42,687 nt of DNA from Rhodothermales bacterium (GTDB lineage: Bacteria; Bacteroidota; Rhodothermia; Rhodothermales; VXPQ01): contig JBBDTI010000033.1 in assembly GCA_040904565.1 (NCBI GenBank), positions 1 through 42,687 of the forward strand. The letters are read 5' to 3'. Both the position numbers and the translations under genes were made by a program. The notes beneath the pieces were generated by a model. The model saw nothing but the letters and a program-made list of their open reading frames with translations, made no database searches and was not told the DNA's origin. Positions within the stretch are counted from its first letter, which is position 1. Each line of letters starts with the position of its first letter. Positions 36,306 through 42,687 of this stretch are shown here, in pieces.

Positions 36306-37196
36306 CTACGCGTCGAAGAAATGGGCGTACTCCGCCGGAATCGCGTCGACGTTCCGGATGCGTATGTCTTTAAAGAACACTTCCGCTGCTTCGCTCTGCA
36401 GCTGGATCTTGCCCGACGTGAGCGGCTGCGCTACCCCGTCTTCGATGAAGCGGGAGTTGCGCAGGACCATCACGACCTCGCCGTTGACGAGGTGAAGGGC
36501 CTTGTCCTCGAAGGTGATGAGCTCGAGGGTCGTCCAATCGCCCATCGGACTCTCGTAGTCGGCCGTCCGAAGGCAGAAGCCGCCCTGATCGGTTCCGTCG
36601 CTGAAGGACCGGAACGGCCGGTCGTGGCTCGCCATCGCGCTCATGGCACCTTCCTCGGGGAGCGATCGGATGTCGATGGCCGCGCTGCCGATGCTCCAGT
36701 AGTCGCCCATGTGTCCTTCCATGACCTGGAATTCCTGCGAGAGGGGCCACGCGCGCCAGTAGTCGATACCGCTTTCACCGACGGCGTGATAGAGCACGCC
36801 GGAATCCAGCATCAGGTTCGTCCTCGGGTCCCACTTGATATCTCCCCAGCGCACCTGCAGCGTGAGGTGGTAGTTTTCGAAATCCTCGTCCGTCGAGATG
36901 CTGCCATAGTATTCGCCGCTGATGCGCAGGACCGGCTCGCCGTCCTCCTGGATCATCGTGAAGACGTCGTTGACGTTCCGGTCGTATCCGACCGGCACGA
37001 GCGGGTCTCCGTTTTCGTCGGTCGGGACATCCCCGTCGTAGTCGGCCGGCAGCTTATAGCCCAGGTACGTATACCAGCCGGCTAGATCCTCCGTGAGGAG
37101 GGTTCGCCATTCCGACTGGGCGGTCGAGCAGCCCGAAACCAGCGCGATGGGAACGAGCAGGAGCAAGGGTAGCAGGCGGCGTGCTGAAAGCGGCAT
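36306..37196 (-). CDS. DUF1080 (3-keto-disaccharide hydrolase) lipoprotein
   Basis: Lipobox VSGC; FENYHLTLQVRWG, DSGVLYH, SQEFQVMEG, GKIQLQSEAAEVFFKDIRIR. Confidence 0.9.
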   Translation of the reverse strand: MPLSARRLLPLLLLVPIALVSGCSTAQSEWRTLLTEDLAGWYTYLGYKLPADYDGDVPTDENGDPLVPVGYDRNVNDVFTMIQEDGEPVLRISGEYYGSISTDEDFENYHLTLQVRWGDIKWDPRTNLMLDSGVLYHAVGESGIDYWRAWPLSQEFQVMEGHMGDYWSIGSAAIDIRSLPEEGAMSAMASHDRPFRSFSDGTDQGGFCLRTADYESPMGDWTTLELITFEDKALHLVNGEVVMVLRNSRFIEDGVAQPLTSGKIQLQSEAAEVFFKDIRIRNVDAIPAEYAHFFDA

Positions 37197-37474
37197 GTCG
37201 ATCGTGACGGGTTCGAAATGGACAAACATCCAATTACGGCATCATGCAGAAGATACACACCGAAAGGGTCGACGCGCTTGAGATTTCGAGCCTCGTCAGG
37301 GTGCACCTACTTCCTGTGCTCACATCGTTTGAATGTTGCACGGTCGGTAGCATGTAAAATTGTAGATACTCTTGGAAAGATGTGAGTCTATTTGTTTTTG
37401 TGAGGGGTACTACATAAAAGGTTAAAAAGATTGGCCTTACTGTCATAATATTTGGATTAAGAGGTAAGTGAATC

Positions 37475-38923
37475 ATGCGCGTTTTTACGATTAACAGAAC
37501 AGGTATCTTGGACCGTTGGATGCGCATACTTTGCGCCGCTCTGATGGTTGGTCTGACGGCATTCATGATGCCCGGAGAGGCCGTTTCACAATCGCCCGAG
37601 CCGGTCGAGCTTGGAGCGGCTGCACGATTCGGGGTTCTGGGCGGTTCGACGGTCACCAGCACCGGTAATACCGTAATTAATGGAGATTTGGGATTAAGCC
37701 CCGGCTCGGCGGTGGACGGATTTCCTCCCGGTCAGGTGACCGGTGATATCTTTATCAATACGCCGGAGGCCGTGAATGGCCAAGCCGACCTGACGACCGC
37801 GTACAACGATGCGGCCGGGCGAACGACGAATCCGATCACGGTGGCCGGAAACCTGGGCGGACAAACCCTCCCACCCGGACTGTACAAATCTCAAACGTCT
37901 CTTGAAATATCTTCAGGGGACCTCACGCTAGACGCCCAGGGAGACGCGAATGCGGTCTGGATTTTCCAGATGGGATCCACCCTCACGACGACGTCAGGTC
38001 GCCAGGTGGTCTTGAGCGGAGGAGCCGAGGCGGCTAACGTCTTCTGGCAGGTCGGTTCGTCGGCTACGATCGGTACGACCTCCGCCTTCGTCGGGACCAT
38101 CATGGCCGATCAGTCCATCACGCTGGAAACGGGGGCGACGCTCGACGGACGAGCTCTGGCGCGCATCGGCGCCGTCACGCTCGATGAGAACACGGTTACG
38201 GTCCCGTCGGAGCCGCCGCCGCCCGTAGAAGAGGTGACGCTGACGCTGCCGGAGAGCGGTGCGGAGCCCAACGTGGCGATATCCATTCCGATAACGACCG
38301 ACGACATCGACGGGAAGGACGTCCTTTCGTTTGACTTTACGGTCATGTACGACCCGGACGTGATCACGCTGGACAGCGTTGAAACGGCCGGAACGCTTTC
38401 CGAAGACGCACAGATTACCATTGACGCCACCAGCGGCAGCATCAACGTGGTTGGTTCCGTCGGTACGGCGATCGACGGCAGCGGCGTGTTCATCTACCTG
38501 ACGGGGACGTCGGGTAGCGAAGGTACGACCGACCTGACATTTGCTAATCTTACCTTGAACGACGGCACGCCCCTCGGGATAGGGGTCGATGGGAGCATAC
38601 AGGTGGGCGTGGGGCTCACGACGGAAGGCTCGGATGAATTGCCTGGATCGTTCAAGTTGCTCGGCAACTATCCCAACCCGTTCAATCCTTCCACCACCAT
38701 ACGATTCGATCTACCCGAGTCGGCTGAAGTTCACGTCCAGATCTTCGACATCCTGGGACGTCAGGTACTGACGCTTCCCTCGACGATGGTCCAGGCGGGC
38801 GCGGATCGCAGTATGCAGTTCGACGCCGGTTCGATGGCCTCGGGTATCTACATCTATCGGGTGATAGCGACGTCCGCTACGAACACGATGGTAGAGTCGG
38901 GACGGATGACGCTCCTGAAATAA
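37475..38923 (+). CDS. Ice-binding-family (DUF3494) protein with cohesin-like domain and T9SS type A sorting domain
   Basis: LGAAARFGVLGGSTVT, DLTTAYNDAAGR, LGGQTLPPGLY, DANAVWIFQ, NVFWQVGSSAT; SFDFTVMYDPDVI cohesin-like segment; GNYPNPFNPSTTIRFDLP...MTLLK sorting domain. Start 37475 or 37520. Confidence 0.9.
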   Translation: MRVFTINRTGILDRWMRILCAALMVGLTAFMMPGEAVSQSPEPVELGAAARFGVLGGSTVTSTGNTVINGDLGLSPGSAVDGFPPGQVTGDIFINTPEAVNGQADLTTAYNDAAGRTTNPITVAGNLGGQTLPPGLYKSQTSLEISSGDLTLDAQGDANAVWIFQMGSTLTTTSGRQVVLSGGAEAANVFWQVGSSATIGTTSAFVGTIMADQSITLETGATLDGRALARIGAVTLDENTVTVPSEPPPPVEEVTLTLPESGAEPNVAISIPITTDDIDGKDVLSFDFTVMYDPDVITLDSVETAGTLSEDAQITIDATSGSINVVGSVGTAIDGSGVFIYLTGTSGSEGTTDLTFANLTLNDGTPLGIGVDGSIQVGVGLTTEGSDELPGSFKLLGNYPNPFNPSTTIRFDLPESAEVHVQIFDILGRQVLTLPSTMVQAGADRSMQFDAGSMASGIYIYRVIATSATNTMVESGRMTLLK

Positions 38924-38973
38924 TAGTGGACTTTCGCGTTCAACCACGCGCGTCCCTCCTATAGGCAGTAGTG

Positions 38974-39017
38974 AACCCCTCGAGCTTGGCCCGAAAGGGT
39001 CGGGGTCGAGGGGTTTT
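38974..39017 (+). terminator. Rho-independent terminator hairpin after the ice-binding protein gene
   Basis: AACCCCTCGA...TCGAGGGGTT perfect 10-bp outer stem, inner stem with G-U pairs, GAAA loop, short T tail. Confidence 0.8.
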
Positions 39018-39029
39018 GCTGTGCCGGCC

Positions 39030-39067
39030 TCACTCATTCAACCAGTCCAGCGAGTTCTGGATCAACC
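39030..39067. repeat. 38-bp direct repeat, copy of the ThuA-like gene 3' end (41597-41634)
   Basis: 36/38 identical; begins exactly at the stop codon. Confidence 0.9.
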
Positions 39068-39081
39068 TTTCCAATCAGTCA

Positions 39082-39120
39082 ATCACGCTGGGCAGCGTCG
39101 AAACGGCCGGAACGCTTTCC
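39082..39120. repeat. 39-bp direct repeat, copy of 38363-38401 inside the cohesin-like coding region
   Basis: 37/39 identical: ATCACGCTGG(A/G)CAGCGT(T/C)GAAACGGCCGGAACGCTTTCC. Confidence 0.9.
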
Positions 39121-39125
39121 CAAGT

Positions 39126-41489
39126 TCATGCGGTCGTTCGCAGCCACCGCCTGATGCGTGAGCGCCCGGGTATGTTGCGCCGAGCCATAATAATCATTCC
39201 GGACCCGCGCCGGGCTATGGCCTCGGGGAGATCGCCCGCGACCAGCCGGCTAATCAGAGGCTCCCGCGTCGCACCCAGCACGGTTAGATCCACCTTCTCG
39301 GTCGCGGCAACCAGGGCGTCTTCCACGTTGTCGCTCGCCTCCAACCGGAGTTCAACGTCGATACCGACCTCCACGAATGCGTCCTTGAATGCCTCGAGTG
39401 CCTCGCGGGATGCCGGCTCTTCGTCGCCGGGTCGCAACACGCGGTACAGGACGACGCGTGCCCCGGTTTCCCGAGCCATCGACCGGGCTACGGCTACGGA
39501 AAGATCGGAATGGGGGCCTCCCGCTACGGGAACGAGAATGGAGGACACCTCGGCGGCGGCCTGCTCGCCGATTCGCTCGACCAGCACGTCGCAGGGAGCG
39601 AAGTCCAGAATGTCGTCCAGGTTGGAGCCGAGGATGATGTCACGGCGGTGATGGGTCTCCCCCCTCCAGCCGACGATGACTGCATCACAGTCGTGTTGGT
39701 CGATGGTGTTAAGCACGGCGTCGGCGACGCGGTGAGCGATCCGGATCGTCCCGGTGACCGTGAGCCCGGATCCCTCAGCAAAGCCTATCGCCTCCTCCAG
39801 CAGCTTTCTCTGCTCCGAGACCTGTCCACGTCCCTCGCTGAGAGGGGTCTGGTCAGGTACGATGACCGCCGACATCACGAGGAGCTGTCCACCGCGATCC
39901 CGCGCAACAGCCATTCCCGTGCGCATCAGGCGCGCGATGTGGGCAGGATTCGAAATAGCCACGAGGATGCGCTCCTCGGACGGATGTCCCGCATACTCGG
40001 CCACCGCGGTGGGCGTCTCCTCCTCCGCAATGCGTGAGGAGACGGGTCGAGCACGCCAGAAGAACCAGAACAACACGCCGACGGCCTGGGCCAGAATGCC
40101 CAGAACGAGTGCCTTCACGCCCAGGTTTAGAAGCAGTCCCAGATTGGCGAGTATGGCCAGGATCGGTATCACGGGTACGAAGGGCACTCGAAAGCCGCGC
40201 TCGAGATCGGGTTTGGTGCGGCGGGACCAGATCAGGGCTATGTTGACGGTTATCAGTCCGCAGAGCAGGAGATAGTTGGCATACTGGGCAATGCCGGAGA
40301 GCCCGACCTCCAGCCCGAACAGCGGTGGGGCTTCGCTTCCCGGAGCCCGCGCGAACAAGATCCCGAAGACAACCACGTAGAAGAGGATGATACCGCCGGT
40401 GAGGAGCACCGTCTTGTGCGGCGTCCGGAGCCGCGGGTGAAGATCCCGGAAGTGCCGGGGCAGGTGGTCTCGCCTTGCCATGGCGAGCTTCACCCTGGAG
40501 CCGGCGATGATGGTCGCGTTGGCGGCCGAGACCATGGAGATAAGAGCCCCGACGATGATGACATAGAAGCCCACGTCACCCAGGTAGTACTGGGCGGCCA
40601 GCCCCATGGCCACCTCGCCGTGACCGGTCACGTACTCGGCGGCATCCAGCCCACCAAGGTCAACGCGCTCCGAGAGGAAGGTGAGGAAGGCAGGGTCGTT
40701 AACCGCTACGACCACGACCAGAACCACCAGCGCGTAGAGAACCGTGACTACGGCCATGCTGATGTAGATGGCCCGCGGCACGGTGCGGCCGGGAGACCGG
40801 ATATCTTCCGACGACGCGGCTATCGCGCTGAACCCGAAGAACGTGATGAACACCAGAGCGCTGGTCGTCCCGATGCCGGCAAGGTCTCCGATGTTTCGCT
40901 CTATCGAAGCCATCACCACGCTCGGTTCCATGGCTCTAAGGCCGCCGTAGAGAAAGATGATCAGAAGCACGACCTTCGTCGCGGTGAATACGATCTGGAA
41001 GAGCGTCGATTCTTTCGTTCCCTTGAAATTCACGGCGACTAGAAGCGCGATCATGACCAGGCCGGATACCCAGAAGGGAATCGTTTCGGGTATTCCGAAC
41101 ACGGGGTGAATGAAGTGATAGAACCAGTCGGAGAAGCTGGTCAGGTAGAAGGCGGCACTGGCCGGATACCCCAGTATCATGGTCCAACCCAACAGGTAGG
41201 TCAGGTTGGAGTCAAACGTGTTGGCGACGTAGGCGTACTCGCCGCCGCTCTCCGGATAGATGGACGCGAACTCGGCATAAGCGGCCGCGGTAAGGGTCAC
41301 TACGAGTCCGGCGAGCACGAAAGAGAGGATCGCAACGGCTCCAACCATGCTGACGGCCAGGCCGGACAGGACAAAGATGCCGGCGGCGATCATCGTGCCG
41401 ATTCCCAGCGCGAGGGCACCCGTGAGCCCCATGACGGGGACCAGGTCGACCTGGTCGCGCGAATGCTGTGAACTTCCGTTCGCGTTCAA
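39126..41489 (-). CDS. APC-family amino acid permease fused to two UspA-like domains
   Basis: GIGTMIAAGIFVL, PESGGEY, FITFFGF, about 12 TM helices; RILVAISNP and SILVPVAGGPHS Usp domains. Start uncertain (TTG 41489 or a downstream ATG). Confidence 0.9.
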   Translation of the reverse strand: MNANGSSQHSRDQVDLVPVMGLTGALALGIGTMIAAGIFVLSGLAVSMVGAVAILSFVLAGLVVTLTAAAYAEFASIYPESGGEYAYVANTFDSNLTYLLGWTMILGYPASAAFYLTSFSDWFYHFIHPVFGIPETIPFWVSGLVMIALLVAVNFKGTKESTLFQIVFTATKVVLLIIFLYGGLRAMEPSVVMASIERNIGDLAGIGTTSALVFITFFGFSAIAASSEDIRSPGRTVPRAIYISMAVVTVLYALVVLVVVVAVNDPAFLTFLSERVDLGGLDAAEYVTGHGEVAMGLAAQYYLGDVGFYVIIVGALISMVSAANATIIAGSRVKLAMARRDHLPRHFRDLHPRLRTPHKTVLLTGGIILFYVVVFGILFARAPGSEAPPLFGLEVGLSGIAQYANYLLLCGLITVNIALIWSRRTKPDLERGFRVPFVPVIPILAILANLGLLLNLGVKALVLGILAQAVGVLFWFFWRARPVSSRIAEEETPTAVAEYAGHPSEERILVAISNPAHIARLMRTGMAVARDRGGQLLVMSAVIVPDQTPLSEGRGQVSEQRKLLEEAIGFAEGSGLTVTGTIRIAHRVADAVLNTIDQHDCDAVIVGWRGETHHRRDIILGSNLDDILDFAPCDVLVERIGEQAAAEVSSILVPVAGGPHSDLSVAVARSMARETGARVVLYRVLRPGDEEPASREALEAFKDAFVEVGIDVELRLEASDNVEDALVAATEKVDLTVLGATREPLISRLVAGDLPEAIARRGSGMIIMARRNIPGRSRIRRWLRTTA

Positions 41490-41596
41490 GGGCGATACCT
41501 GTGCTACAGATGCGGTTGCTCTCAGATCATTTTCAGAGCATGCTCAGAGCATGTTGCACGACCTGACGTTACGGAGTCAAGCTTACGTTGTCAACG

Positions 41597-42385
41597 TCAC
41601 TCGTTCAACCAGTCCAGCGAGTTCTGGATCAGCCGGTTGATCATCGGGTGTTCGATGGTGTCCATGAAATGGCCGGGGATGAGGACGACCACCTTGCCGT
41701 CTCCAAACGTGTGCGCCCAGCCCTGGGGAGACCGGCCGTGTTCCGGGGAATGACTCTCCAGAAAGACGTTCGTCTCGCTCTCGTCCATCTCCACGACGTA
41801 TTCCTCGTCCCGGACTACGAACGAGTCCGCGACGCCCTCCGTGATCTCCGGCATGCCGTCCAGCGTGGACACGGTAATTTCGATGCGCTCGGGATGGCTG
41901 ATGAAGCAGGACCGCGCCAGAAGCACCGTGCCGAACTCACAGGGCGTGCTGCCGAATCCGTCGTGGTAGAGCAGTATGCTTCCACCGGATTCGACGTACT
42001 CCACGAACAGCATGCTCTGTTCCAGCGTCATCCAGGTCTTCCGCTCGGCATCCGGATTTCTATCCCGATACCGGTAATAATCGAAGTCTTCCTGCCCGTA
42101 GCGGCTCAGGATGATCAGATCGTAGTTCTCGAAATCATCCCAGGGGACGTCGTAATCCATGATAACGTCCGCCATCCACCCCTCGTCGCGCAGCGGGCCG
42201 ACGAGATGCCGGTCGAGAAAGGCCGGCCGATGCCACACGTCGCCGAGAATGGCGAGGACCGTCTTCTGATCTCCATCATTCTGTGCAACATTCTGTGAAG
42301 TATTCTGCGCGGCCGCGTCATCGACCCACGAAGGGGTGGATGTCAGACACAGTATGGCTGCGATTAGAAGGGTCAGTTTTCTCAT
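41597..42385 (-). CDS. ThuA-like (class I glutamine-amidotransferase fold) exported protein
   Basis: Signal peptide; GDVWH, YVESGGSILLYH, FVVRDEEY, GWAHTFGDGKVVVLIPGH. Confidence 0.85.
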   Translation of the reverse strand: MRKLTLLIAAILCLTSTPSWVDDAAAQNTSQNVAQNDGDQKTVLAILGDVWHRPAFLDRHLVGPLRDEGWMADVIMDYDVPWDDFENYDLIILSRYGQEDFDYYRYRDRNPDAERKTWMTLEQSMLFVEYVESGGSILLYHDGFGSTPCEFGTVLLARSCFISHPERIEITVSTLDGMPEITEGVADSFVVRDEEYVVEMDESETNVFLESHSPEHGRSPQGWAHTFGDGKVVVLIPGHFMDTIEHPMINRLIQNSLDWLNE

Positions 42386-42544
42386 TACACGCTCCACTTG
42401 TTTCTTGATCGGGGCACCGGCCGCCGGCGGCTTCGAACCAACGTAATGATTCTCTTTATATTATTCTGCCGGATTTGACGCCACGGCGTTCAACGCAGAG
42501 ATGCGCGAATTGTCATCGGCCTTTCAATCAACAGTCCGCGGCGC

Positions 42545-42687
42545 ATGCCATCCACCATGGACAAAAGCCCTCGTGAACGCCTGCTCGATGCGGCGAGCAG
42601 GTTGTTCTACGCGCAGGGCTACCATTCTACCGGCGTCAACCAGCTGATCGACGAGGCCGGTGTAGCAAAGGCCAGCTTCTATCAACA
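42545..42687 (+). CDS. TetR/AcrR-family transcriptional regulator (5' part; runs off the right edge)
   Basis: Not in the ORF track. (MPST)MDKSPRERLLDAASRLFYAQGYHSTGVNQLIDEAGVAKASFYQ is a TetR HTH; start 42545 or 42557. Confidence 0.92.
   Translation, partial: MPSTMDKSPRERLLDAASRLFYAQGYHSTGVNQLIDEAGVAKASFYQ

Noticed and set aside
35610-37085. 491-aa plus-strand ORF spanning both DUF1080 genes
   Set aside because: Antisense shadow with no recognisable domain.
38971-39651. 226-aa plus-strand ORF containing ITLGSVETAGTLS
   Set aside because: It runs through the terminator and antisense to the permease; the peptide match only reflects the 39-bp duplicate.
1-42687. CRISPR arrays, tRNA/rRNA genes, transposases, integrases
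   Set aside because: None seen; the tandem repeats found are in-frame coding repeats without spacers.

Overview
High-GC, gene-dense bacterial window. A T9SS C-terminal sorting domain, Bacteroidota-type Fur boxes and the high GC suggest a Rhodothermales-like organism (inference). From left to right: (1) 1-9119, a copper-resistance island (patatin, copB, copA multicopper oxidase, DUF2231 fusion, SAM methyltransferase, two SHOCT proteins, Met-rich Spy-like protein) divergent from an OmpR-type two-component pair, with a conserved 11-bp-periodic operator seen three times. (2) 9202-18882, a tightly packed seven-gene minus-strand cluster whose core resembles anammox hydrazine synthase in architecture: an HzsA-like propeller/heme protein and a fused HzsB/C-like propeller plus di-heme protein, with a CRTAC1/ASPIC-UnbV protein, a stand-alone Reg_prop propeller, a chorismatase-like Rid protein and two orphan solute-binding proteins. 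This is the best candidate for an undescribed system. (3) 19196-26030, a divergent sigma54 operon (paired enhancer sites, consensus -24/-12 promoter, cupredoxin, His-rich lipoprotein, His-rich porin, monoheme cytochrome c) followed by a sensor kinase and NtrC-type activator. (4) Mixed accessory genes: sulfatase, decayed nucleotidyltransferase pair, alditol oxidase, HEAT-redoxin, Fur-boxed FecA-like receptor, pyruvate oxidase, two DUF1080 proteins, a T9SS-secreted ice-binding protein, an APC-UspA permease between 38-bp direct repeats, a ThuA-like gene and a partial TetR gene. All family calls come from motif recognition by eye; no database search was run.
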